Positions 40,326-52,483 of a stretch of DNA of 64,000 nt are shown here, piece by piece. How positions within the stretch are numbered: position 1 is the first letter of the stretch; each line of letters begins with the position of its first letter. The stretch comes from Monocercomonoides exilis PA203 (lineage: Eukaryota > Protista > Preaxostyla). The notes beneath the pieces are model-generated. The model did not search any database, was not told where the DNA came from, and worked only from the letters and a program-made list of their open reading frames with translations. The stretch spans positions 805,252-869,251 of the forward strand of contig LSRY02000042.1 of NCBI GenBank assembly GCA_001643675.2. Reading direction: 5' to 3'. The position numbers were made by a program, and so were the translations under genes.

Positions 40326-41803
40326 ATGAAAATGGGCTTTGATAAAAAGATCGAAGATGGAATCCAAGAATCTCCAATTGCGTCTAAGTTTTTGAGTTTG
40401 TTCACATTCACTTTTGATTTAACTGTTGTAATATTTTGTGTGTTTTTATGAATTTTATTTTAAAAATTCTTTCAGAATTGTTTTCTGAGCTTGAAGATTG
40501 CGATGAAATTGAACAGAAAGTTAAAATACTTGAAATGAACGAAGTGATGGAAAAGATGCATCAAAAAGAATTCTATTTTGTTTTCACAGTAGATCTGTTC
40601 AATAGAATGAATCAAATGATTGATGAAAAGAAACTTTCGATGGAAAATGCAATTTTGATATTGAAGAATGTAGTGTATTGCAAGGTGTTGAACTTTCCGC
40701 GGTTTTCTAGATTTCAGCGAACTTCTTTGGATGAAAGATTAAAAAAGATAATCACTGACGAAGAAAAGAAAAAGGAAGGGAAAAATGAAAAGCTTCTTGT
40801 TGATCTTTGCGAAAGTTGTATTATATTGGGGGAAATCTATCAAGAATTACCAAAAGAAATTAATTTTATTTGCGTTCATTATCTTCTGAAAGCGGCATTG
40901 GACAAGGAGGAAAACGAAAAGGCTCAAAAAGAAGTGGAAATTGCTTTGATTGCGTTGAACCATTTAAAAAGTTTTGTATGAGCACATATTATTCATTTTT
41001 GATAACATTTTTTCCTCGCAATTTTTAACAAGGATCTTGAAATTGAACTTTTCCTCAATGAGATCAAGGAGATCATCGAATATCATCAGGAACATCACAA
41101 TCTGACACGAATTGCCTATCAATCAGCTTGGGAGTTTTTGGTATGCAGATTACTCAAAGGTGAACTCATCAAAGGAGTTATTGTGAATGAGCTACATTTT
41201 GGAAGAGAGGCAGCAAGAGAATTGGAAGAACTATCAAAATTTGTGGATTGGAAGAGAGAGAAGGAAGAGAATGAAAAGAGAAGAAAAAAGACAAAAGAAG
41301 AGCTTGATTTGATGAGATGGCTTGAAGCATTAAAGCAATATTTATTCAAATGCCAATTGTGGAATGAAGAATTAAATGGGATTTTAAGGAGCATTGCTCA
41401 AGTGTATCGAGCATCAAGGGACAATTTCACAGAAATGTATGAGACATGCCTTGATTCCTTTCTAAATGCGTCCGATGGAGAAGTTGTCACAGTTGGTGAT
41501 TTGCTGAGCGGAGGGGCTGTTGATGCTGTTTTGGAGGAGATCCAGCGACCAACATTGGATGACAAATTGGCAGGCGAAAGCTTGATGTTTTTTATGAACA
41601 TGTTAGAAAATGCAAAAGAAAAGAGTTTGTTTAAAAAGAAAGAAGCGAAAAGAAAGGCAGATAATATGAAGTTGTTGGAAAGGATGGAAGAAGAGGGATA
41701 TGAAGATATCATCTTTTGCTTTAACGGAATGTTGCATTTTCTTTGGATGAATTATGAACATAGAATGGCATGTGATGTTTCATACTATTTTGTTAATGTT
41801 TGA
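40326..41803 (+). CDS. Subtelomeric helical-protein family, copy 7
   Basis: Exon 1 MKMGFDKKIEDGIQESPIASKFL, then ORFs 40436-40981 and 41138-41803 ending YYFVNV. Confidence 0.8.
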
Positions 41804-42462
41804 GTGAATGAAACATTCATTCTTTTTTTCCCCTCAAAGTTTCAATTTTTCTTTGTTAATTTTTTATTTATTTTTTTTATTATTTATTATTTATTTATTT
41901 TTTTTTATTTCTTTTTTTTTCAATTTCACAATTCAAAAAGTTTATGTTTTTATTGAAGAGTTCTTTCGCTCTATCAAATGGAAGCAAAGTGATTGTGAAA
42001 AAATGAATTAAATGATTGTTCAATTTTCGTTTCTCTTCTGTCTTTCTTTTCCTCTGATTAATTTGCTCCATTTTTCATCAAAATTGTTTATTGACTATTT
42101 ACATAAGTACCTCCCCACGTTCTTCATTTGATTTCCCTTTCAAAATTTCTTTTTTTCTATCAAATTTCTTTTGTATTTCCCATTTATTCTTTGACAATGT
42201 CATTGTGAATTTTAAGGATTATTTGCCTCCACTTTATCCATTCAAGTTTGTATTTTCAAATGCTAACTTTGAAATGTTATTATTGATTTCTTTCTTTTTT
42301 TCTTTTCTTTTTCTTTTTTTATTTTTCTGTTCATTTTGTTCCATTTTGAAGTTATGAAAAAATAGCTTTTGAAAAAACATTTTAAACTTGCCAAATTGTG
42401 AAATGAAAAAGGAAAAAAGAATAAGAAAAAAGAAAGAAAGAAAGAATGAGTGTTTCATTTAC

Positions 42463-43932
42463 TCAAACATTAACAAAATAGTATGAAACATCACATGCCA
42501 TTCTATGTTCATAATTCATCCAAAGAAAATGCAACATTCCGTTAAAGCAAAAGATGATATCTTCATATCCCTCTTCTTCCATCCTTTCCAACAACTTCAT
42601 ATTATCTGCCTTTCTTTTCGCTTCTTTCCTTTCATCATCATCTTTTTTCAAACGATTTGAAACATTGAAGAAGAATTCCAAGCTTATAATTGTTATTCTG
42701 TCATCCATTGTTGATTTGTGAATCTCCTCCAGAAAAACATCAACAGCCCCACTCTCCAACAAATCATCAACTGTCACACTTCTATTCCTTGCTGCTTCTT
42801 CTAACACATTAATGCATTCTCTACTTATTTCTCTGTGATTATCCTTTGCTATTCGAAATACCCGAACAAGGCTGTTAATTAGATCAGTATAGTCTTCATT
42901 CCACAATTTGCAATGGCGAAAATAAAGCCACAATGTTTCAATCCATTTCATTAAAAAAAGATCTTCTTTCGTAACTTTTCCTCCTTTCCATCCTTCTTTT
43001 CTCTTCCCATCAACACATTTCGAGAGTTCTTCCAGTTCTCTTCTTGCTTCTCTCGCAAAATGCAGCTCATTCACAATAATTTCTTCCAAACTGTTTTCAA
43101 AGATTATTCTTTTTATCAAAAACTGCCAAGCTGATTGATAGGCAATTCGTGTCAGATTATGATGTTCCTGATGATATTCGATGATCTCCTTGATTTCATT
43201 CAAATAAAGTTCTTTGTCCAGTTTCTAATAGAAAATAAATAAATAAAATTAAATAAAGTGAAGAAAAAAATCAAAAAAATAAAATTTAAAAAAATGAGAG
43301 AGGAGGGGGGATATTAGTATCACAATTGGAAAAGAAGTTTTCATACGCAATATCCAGATCCGCTTAATGCAAGCAAAGCCACTTCCACTTCTGTTTGAAC
43401 CTCTTTGTTTTCCTCTTTGTTTGACGAAGACTTCAAAAGGCAAGGAACACAAATTGAAAGCGAGTTTGGCGGGAAACAAAAGTTAAGTAAAGTGAAGCAC
43501 TCAAAAAGGTCAACAAGAAGCTTCTCGTTCTTCTCTTCTTTTTTCAGTTCTTCTTCAATAATCATTTTCTTAAATCTTTGATTCAATGAAGATCCATAAA
43601 AACCGTAATCAAATACATTTTTCAGTACATTCCAACATCCTATGCTCTTCAGCAACACGAACGCATTTTCCAAACATATTTCCTTTTCTTCAATCATTTT
43701 GTCCATTTTGTCGAACAGTTCTTTTGTGAAAATTAAATCAAAATCTTTTTCGTTCGTTTCAATAATCATTTCATTAATCTCTTCGATTGCCCGTTACTGC
43801 TCATCAGCTGAGTTGCTGCTCAACTGGGAAAATAATTCTTCAAAAAACAAAGAAAGAAGTCCAATCAAAAAGAATTCAATGAAACAGTGAATGCACACTA
43901 GTGAATTTTTTTGTGTTATCTATATCCTGCAT
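42463..43932 (-). CDS. Subtelomeric helical-protein family, copy 8
   Basis: Exon 1 MQDIDNTKKFT, then ORFs 43341-43769 and 42463-43203 ending YYFVNV. Confidence 0.8.
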
Positions 43933-44889
43933 TTTTGAAAACACATTGCATTCAAAAAACCAAAGCAATTTTTATCATTCACATCGAATTCGAATGTGTT
44001 TGGATAGAAAAAAGTTGCACAAATTTAATCCCCAAATAATCATGAAAATACTAGAATTCACACCATATCTTTTTGCATTAATATTTTTGAGTTGGAATAA
44101 AGGAGAAAAGCAACGCCTAATCTTTTTCAAGTTTATTGTTATGGATATTCGGATCATCAGATTTGAAAGAACAAAAATATTCCTTCCAAAAATAAGAGAT
44201 CGGTGAGCGAACTTTTTTCTAAGAATAGGCAATTTTATTTTGAACACTGAAAAGAGATAGCGTCAGCGAGGTGTCTATGATGGAATTAGACGAAATGGGT
44301 GATTTTTTTTGATTTCATAAAAAATTTCGACGATTGATCATAAAAAATTTTCATAAAGGGTGTGGTTAATAAGAAAATTTATGTTTGAAATTGCATGAAA
44401 ATATCGATTAATATATTATTATTGTTGATTGTTTGTTGATTAAAATTTGTTTCCAATTGATTTCATTTCAAATATCTTAAAATAAAAATAATTTCAAAAA
44501 AAAAACTCGAAAATTCAAATAACATTATAAAACGTAAGTTATCTTGTTTGAAAAGCATGATAATGATTGTTTCAATACTCAATAAATTGATTTCCAATAC
44601 ATATATATGTTAAAAAATGTTACAGCAAAAAAATATTGTATTTAAATTTGAAGATCTTAAAACAATAGTCAAAATTTTAAATTTTTCAAAAATTAACATC
44701 GAAAAAGATAATAGAAACTCAAGACATTTATCAAACAAACAAATTTTTGTCATTTATTTTTGTTCGAAAACAAACAATTCTATGAAATTGTTATTTTGAT
44801 TAATTGATCAAAATTATTTTATGAAAATATCAAAGGAATGAGGAAAAATAACAGGAAATTCTTGAAGTTCAGCTTTTTTTCTTTTAAGG

Positions 44890-47352
44890 CTTCAACAGCA
44901 CGGATATCCTCGTTTTGTCTTTCTCATCTCTAAATCATCTGCGCCACTTTTATTCTCCTTTTTTCTTCCTCGACTCTCATCCTTTATCCTGATATCTGTC
45001 CCATAAGTTGCCTGGTTTTGCGGGCTGCTTTTTTTCGAGAAATAATCTTCATTCGAAAACTGCTCAAACAACAACTGACTCTTCATAAAGGCATGCGTCT
45101 TTTGATTACTGCATCAACATCACTGTTTTCTTGTCGCCATCCTTTCTCCAGATATCTGCTCCATCCACTTCCTCAACACTCTCATCCCTCTCTCTCCAGT
45201 TCTCTTTGAATTCTGGAACTGCACTCGTTGCCTTCTGCTCATTTGCTTTGGCTAGCTCCGCCGCTTCGTTTTCACAAGTCACATACCACAGAACAGCCAT
45301 CGCTCTGGACATTGCTAATATCTGCAACGTTATAAACACATGCAAAGGGCCAACACTTGTGTGAATGCTGACAGATGATTTGCAGTCTACTATTTGGACG
45401 AGATTGAAGCTGCAATTGTGTGACTTAACAACAAGAAGTTGCGACTGTTTGTCTCAATTGCTCCAAACTTGCAAATGTTCCTTCCATTCTTCATTCTCTA
45501 TCCTCAACCACCGCTTCACCTTGAGCGATGCCTTTGTCGGCAAATATGTCTTTCTCAAGTTTTCCAGGATTCGCTTCATATATCAACGAATCCCTTTTTT
45601 CACTCGATTTCACTCAACACTCTCTCGCCACAAAACCCCCATCTGAGATTCCGACTTCTTCTATTTCAGCTTTTTCATCGTATCCAATCTTCTCCACTTC
45701 TTTCCCTTCCTCCTCCAACAATTCCTCTTTATTCAACCTCTACACCATTAGGCTTCCACCTGAAGTCTATTTAGTCTCTGCAATTCTTGTTTGAGATCCT
45801 TTTGCAACCATTTTCTTTCAATGACTGTGGTTCTCAACAATTGCATCTTCATAAATTGCTATCTCCTAACATTCATTGTCTAAATCAACCTGTTCCTCGT
45901 TCATATGCCGTATTGAATAATTTCTCGATGTGTACTCCACCCTCTTTTTTTCCACCATTTTTATGTAAACCTCAGCTTCTTGCTTCTGTGTTCTCCACGC
46001 TTTAATTCTTAAACTCTCCCACATCAAACTATCCACTTTTGGCGATGTCTCTCTCATCATTGTGTTCAATGCTGACTCCAGCGACTCTGTTGAGCATCTC
46101 ATTTCCATAGATCTCATCTTTGCAACTTGTAACATTGTTCTTCCCAATCTTCTGAGCAATTTCGCTTTTTCTTCTTCTTCACCTCCTCCTCCTGTGCATC
46201 TTTCTCCTTAAGCTTTTCTGCCGTTGACTCTTTCTCTCTCTCTTTCTCTCTACTCTCTTCAGGAGCGAGAAGCAGCATACGAGACGGAGCAGCTGAAGAA
46301 GAAGAAAGAATAATAGTTTGAAACAACAAGGATGAGGGCTATGCAGGAAAAGATCATTGACGAACAAGCCATCAAAGACCAGTTGAATGCGAAGAGAGTC
46401 ACAGAGGCAGAGGAAAGAGCGTGGAGGAAAAAGCAGAAAGAATGTGGAATGAAGAGAGAGAGGGAAGAAGAGGATGAGAAGAAAAAAATGGAGAACAAAA
46501 AGAAGATTATCTCGAATTATTCATTCAAGAACCAGGAAGCATATGAGTGTGTCTTTTATTTTTCTCTCCTTTTTCATTGTCTGTGTAAAATTGATAGGAC
46601 CCTGCAAGCTCAACAACCCCTTTAAGTTTATGAGGAAGCTTAGATTCGCCTTCATTCATGTTATTCTTGTTATTCTTTTTCTTCTTCCGCTTCTTTTTCA
46701 TTTTTTGTTTTTCTTCTTTTCTTTCTCTATCTCTATCTTTTTGTTTTTGTTTTTGTTTTTCTTTTTGTCTTTCTCTTTCTATCTCTTCTTCCTCCATCTT
46801 CTTCCTCAACCTCCTCCTCCTCCTCTCCTCTTTTTTCCTCTTCATCATTTCTCCAATTGTGGATGCTTCATACAATACCTGCACAATCGTAAAGGAAAGC
46901 AAAACGAATGGAATATCAGGAGAAGGGAAATTGACTTGTTCAACAAAAGGATGTGATTTGGAGGAAGGATTGAGAGGGAGAGGGAGAAAGGTTAATGTGT
47001 GGGGGAAAAGAGGAGAAGAAGGAGAGGAGGAGGAGGAGGAAGAAGAGGAAGAAAGGGAAGGAGAGGAAGATGATGATGATGATGATGATGAAACAATTGA
47101 AGAAGAAGAAGAAGAAATTGAAGAAGAGGAAGAGGAAGAAGAGGATGAAGAAGAATTAGATGGGAAAGAAGCAGAAAGAGAAGAAGAAATAAAAGAAGGA
47201 GGAAGAGTAGTAGTAGTAGTAGTAGTAGTAGAAGAAGAAGAAGACAAACGATTGAGTGATGTTGGGATCTTTGATTTAGTACGATGTGATATTGGAGAAG
47301 AAGAAGAAGAAGAGGAAGAAGAAGAAGAAGAGGAAGAAGAAGAAGAAGAGGA

Positions 47353-47385
<33 letters not shown>

Positions 47386-50300
47386 CGATGATGAAAGAGA
47401 TGAAGAAAGAGAAGAAGAAGAAGAAGGAAGTGTTCCTGCAAGTGGTTCAGAAGAAGCTCCAAAAACAGCTTTTGAATGAACTTTTCTATCAAACAAATCT
47501 TCTTCGTCTTCCACTTCGAAGCCTTCATCTTTGTATTTAGATGTATCAATTTCTTTTTCTTCTTCTTTTTCTTCTCCTTCTTTTGCTTTTAATTTGCTTT
47601 TGTTTTTTCTTCCAAAAAAATCATTTGAAACTCCAGAAAAGCTTGTCTGTACAGTTGAGGTGGAAGAAAGAGAAGAAGAAAGAGGCGAAGAAGAAGAAGA
47701 AGGAGAACGAGAAGAAGAAGATAATGATGATGAATCTATTGTCAATTATAGAACTTCTGTGCGCAATGTATCAGACAAACATTGTTTTATTCCATTGTTA
47801 TTTTTATCTTTCTCAATATCATTAACATTATTTTTATCATTATTCGATTGATTCAAAGAGGAAATGTTTGAAGAAGCAGTTGAAGAAGCACAATCGATAG
47901 AATTAACAGAATAAACAGCTTTTGATGAATTGTATTGAGAACGGGGCATTGAAACTGACAGGAGTGAAAGCTGATTATCATTTGAGGAAGTTTTCATTGT
48001 ATGGCTGTTGAAAGAAAAAGAAGAGGAGGAAGAAGAGGAGGAAGGAGAATGAAAAGAGGAAGAGGAAAAAGAAGAAAGAGGTTGTATTGTTGTTCCCAAT
48101 GATTGCGCAGATGTTGATGTTGCTTTTGGTGTTTTATCATTATCTGCATTGTTGTTCATTGGCAAAAGAGAAGAAATAAAAGAAGAAGAATAAGAAGATT
48201 TTGAAGCTGACTGATACAAAGAAGGACGAGCAATTGTTGCGTTTATTGAAGGTGTGAAAGATGATTTGCTTGCGATTGTAGATGAAAAGGAAGAAGTTGC
48301 TGAGGATGAAAAGGAAAAATAAGATAAGATAAAAACAGCATTACAGAAATAAATAAATAATTTTATTGGTTAAACAAAATTGTAAATCAAAAGAAAGAAA
48401 GAAAGAATTGTTTGAAATAATCAGAATATTATTTAAATAAAGATAGCAAAGATTAGCAATACCTGTTTTTTGCACTTCCTCTTTTTCTTCTTTTTGAAAT
48501 CATTTTTCTTCTTTTTCTTTTTCTTCTTCTTCTTCTTCTTTGAATTCTTCTCCAAACATTCATTTCATCCTCTCCTTCCAATTCATTTCATCTCTTCCAC
48601 ATCTTTCTTTAGTTTCTGTGAAATCTTACCCCCAAACTCCACCACAAAGCACACTTCTTCTATTGTTTCTTCTTCTTTTCCTTCTATTTCTCCTCCTCCT
48701 TCTCCTTCTCTTCCCTCTTTCACTCATCCTATTCTTATCAACATTTGCATTTACATTCACATCCACATCCACATCCACAACCGCTGTCAGCTCCTTCTCT
48801 TTTTCCACAAACACATTCTCCACCGCAAATCGTGTGTTGCAATGGAATTTGAAACTGATCTTCGCTTTCATTCGCAACTGACACCGCAAAATCACCGTCA
48901 ATAGCAAGAGATAAACTACTATCAGAAGCAATAATTGAAGTGAAAGAGGGAAGAGAAGGAGAAGGAGGAGGAGAAGAAGAAGGAGAAGAAGAAGAATTAA
49001 TCTTTGCTTTTGTTGTTGATAATGATGAGGAGGGGGAAGAAGAAGAAGAAGAACTTGAAGAAGAACTTGCAAAAGAAAGAGAAAGAGAAGAAGAAAGAGA
49101 AGAAATATTTTCTTCTCTTTTCACAGGAATAACAGAGTCATAAAGTCGAGCGCCCAGTTGAGAGATGCAGATGTGCAGTGAGTGACTGCTGGCAATCAGA
49201 GAGAGAAGAGGAGATTGCGTGTGTTTGGAGTTGTATGTGGTGGATGAGGGAGTTTTGTTTGTTTGAAGAGAGGAAGAAGAGGAAGAGGAAGAGGAAGAGT
49301 TGGAGGAGGAAGAAGAAGGTAAAGAAGCAAATGATGGTGATAATGAAAGTGAACGTGAAAGAGGCTGACTCTTTTCTCCTGCTTTTGCGTCTGCTGTTGG
49401 CTGAAGCGCCATAAATGTTGCTTCTTTAGGTTCTGTTTGTAGCTCTGTTGCAGAATAGCTAACAGAATGGGATTTCATTTCACAATTCAAAAATAGTTTC
49501 TGTTGAAGTGTCCAAAGCCGATAATGGAGAGCTTCTATTCTTCGATTTCTTCTGTATCTTCATTTCAATCCCTTTTCACAATCGCCTTTGCATCTGCCAT
49601 TTTCATCATTCTTCCACTTCATTCCCTTTATTCATCTCAATCGTTTTTCCCTTTAATTTGCTCCTTCTATTTCTCATCTCATCTCTCTCTCTCTCTCTCT
49701 CTTTCTTTCTCTCACGTTCTCTTGTTTCGAAAAATGCAGGCGTTGCTATCAGCTAATCCTTTTTGATGATTTCTTCCTTTTCATCATTTTAAACGGAATG
49801 ATTTTTCAAAAGACGATGAATGAGAAGTTTTCTTTGCCTTTCCCTTGATTTCTTTTATCTTTTTTTTTGGCATGCTGGTTCTGTATATTCTTTTCATCTC
49901 AAATTTAAATTCTTCAAAATTTGTGCTCAATTTCAATTTCTTCTTTCTTCTTTCATCATTCTGTTGACATCTGTGCTTTTTCATTATCGAGAAGGCTGAT
50001 CGAAACTCGAAGACCATCTTGCAATTTTAATAATCGTTTTATTTTGCTTCAGTTATATTTTCCTCTGCTTTCCCTTCATTCCACTTTTTCATCTGCTTTG
50101 TTATACAAATGAATAAATGTTTCTTCACCATCGAAAATTTTCCTTCGTAATTCTGTTTCCAAAACTGATATTCCTCAATCTCTGCTCAAAATAGTTCTTT
50201 TCCTTTCTTTCTTCTTTTCCTCTCCATTTTTCTTCAATTCATGAAATAGTCCAAAAATCCACTCTTCCAAATCCGCTTTTTTCTCAAGCCTAATACAAAA

Positions 50301-50900
50301 GCAATGCATTTCTTTAAATTTAAAACCTTTCATAATGGCTTGCTGAGAATGAACTGATAAGATGTTACGAAGGAATACACAGTTTTGATGTAAATTGTTG
50401 ATGTATTCAATGGAAAATTCTTTATTTGCCTTTTTCATTTTATTATTCAATGTCTCGGTTTTCATACGCAAACAAAATACTGAAGTTGAAGAAGAAGTTT
50501 TGATTGAAATTCTTATGCTTTCTTGGGTGTGATGGAAGTCGATGAACAGCGAAGAAATATCAGATGTGGAGTTTTTCATGAATGTTGACGGCTTTTCACG
50601 AAGAATTTGAAGCAAAAAGTGCTTTTGGAAAATTGTGATGAAGAAGGAGAACAATGATTATTTTGATTGAAAAAGATGGGATTCAAGAGAGATGAACATT
50701 GAACGAGAAATCAACTGCTTCATTGAAAGATAGATCAAATGTTGAAGTTTTAAATAAGTGAGTTGAAGAGTTGATTGAATTGCTAAATGTAGAATAAGTT
50801 TATGAAGATGCAAATGCCATCTGACATCCAAGTTCAGCTCTATGTTTCAAGTAATCCACAAATGATAATAAATAAATAGCATTGAAAACAAAAGATAATG
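44890..50900 (-). pseudogene. Large decayed multi-exon gene(s) with Ser-rich linkers and a possible PH-like segment
   Basis: Chain of minus-strand ORFs (50175-50654, 48738-49490, 47746-48219, 46525-47745, 45866-46159, 45106-45345) with many stops. CFCIRLEKKADLEEWIFGL resembles a PH-domain C-terminal helix (weak). Confidence 0.4.
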
Positions 50901-51308
50901 CTAAGTTTATATATGATAATGAATTTTAAAATAGAAACTCTTCAAAGAAGAAGAATCATGCTTTATGCATTTCTTAAAGTGTGACCTATCTTTCTTTTAT
51001 TCGGCTGACACTGATAAATTATCTGCATGACTGCCTCTTTTCCTTGCTGCTTCTGAAAATGACTATCATTTCTTTGTGCTTCTTTTAGCTGTGATGATAA
51101 GGCAGCAATCAACAAATTCAAAATGAATGCATTCAAGTTTTCTGAAATTTACTCTTTTATTATGGTAACATTTTTGATCCAAAGATGCAGATTCTAAGAC
51201 GCAAATTTTTTTGTTCGGAACGATTGACTATTATGTAAATAAACTATTAGAAGCAAAAAATGCAGGTGTTGGAATCTGTTCTTTGATCATGAGTTGATAC
51301 ATTATTAT

Positions 51309-51552
51309 ATGTCAAAATTTTTTTGAAAAGTTCCTTTTGTTTAATTTTCAAATAAAGAATAAATTATATATTTTAATCAAATTTCTGTTCCCACTTACGA
51401 AACTTCACTAAGATGGAAATAATAACATTGTCAAGCATTAGTTTTAATGACAGCGAAATTTGGTGAGTGGGAACAAAAATTTGATCGAAATACGAAATTT
51501 TTATTTTCTTTGAAAATTAGACAAAAGGAACTTTTCAAAAAAATTTAGACAT
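51309..51552. repeat. Imperfect ~244-bp palindrome (MITE-like)
   Basis: atgtcaaaatttttttgaaaagttccttttgt...ttcccac mirrors gtgggaacaaaaatttgat...acaaaaggaacttttcaaaaaaatttagacat. The arm also matches 27985-28075. Confidence 0.75.
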
Positions 51553-52483
51553 TTGTTGAATTGAGCTTTGGGGTTTTTTGTTCAAACGAAAAAATTTTTT
51601 ATGTTATTGGAAAATTAAAAAAATGCAATGTGAAATACACTTTAAAATATTTATTTTGCTAGTGAACACATTTTCACATTTTTGTTTTTATTTGTTATTT
51701 TTATTTCAGTAAAGCTGGATATTTATTGTGAATTGAAAATTTGATACAATAAAAAATAAAATCAATCGTTCACCAATCAAAATTACATAAAAAAAATAAA
51801 TAAATAGTACTTCACGATATTGATCATTGAAAAAAATAGAAAACAATTAGAATATTTCTTAATAGATTCTGTAACTCTTAATAAAACTTTATTCTATCAC
51901 ATAATCATAAAACAATCACCAAATATCAACGAAATATCAACAATTTTGAACAATAAAAAATATAAGAAAAATATATACTATTTAAGCAAATTCGTGGTAT
52001 CAAGGACAATTCCAAACAAAAAAGAATATTTGTATAAAAAGTTCAAAAACAAACTTGTCTATTTTCCATCTGTTTTCCATCCACTCTTCCCTTTCTGATA
52101 TTTCTCTAACTTTGACTCAAAAAGATCAAATCCAACAAAGAAAAAAGACAGACACAATGATAAAACATCACTTCACACTCTCAATAACTCTCCCTTCCAA
52201 AAACCTCACTCAAAGATCAATGAATTCCCTCACAACTCTCTCTATTAATGAATCTCGATGAATACATATATAAGCGGGACAATAACCAAGAAATAAATCG
52301 GGACATTATAGGGACAAAAACCACAAAAAGACAATCGGATTCTAACTGTTGTGCACCTGGGAGGCTGTTCGTCGTATCCAGGTCCGGATAAAGCAGCCCA
52401 GAGGCTGCAGTATGTAATTCGAACAGTCATGTCCAGCACCCTTCCGATAGAATGCCAGCTAAGCATACACAACAACTAGTTTC

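Noticed and set aside
52330-52470. Hammerhead/HDV ribozyme or telomerase RNA
   Set aside because: No CUGAnGA/GAAA core, HDV topology or CUAACCCU template was recognisable.
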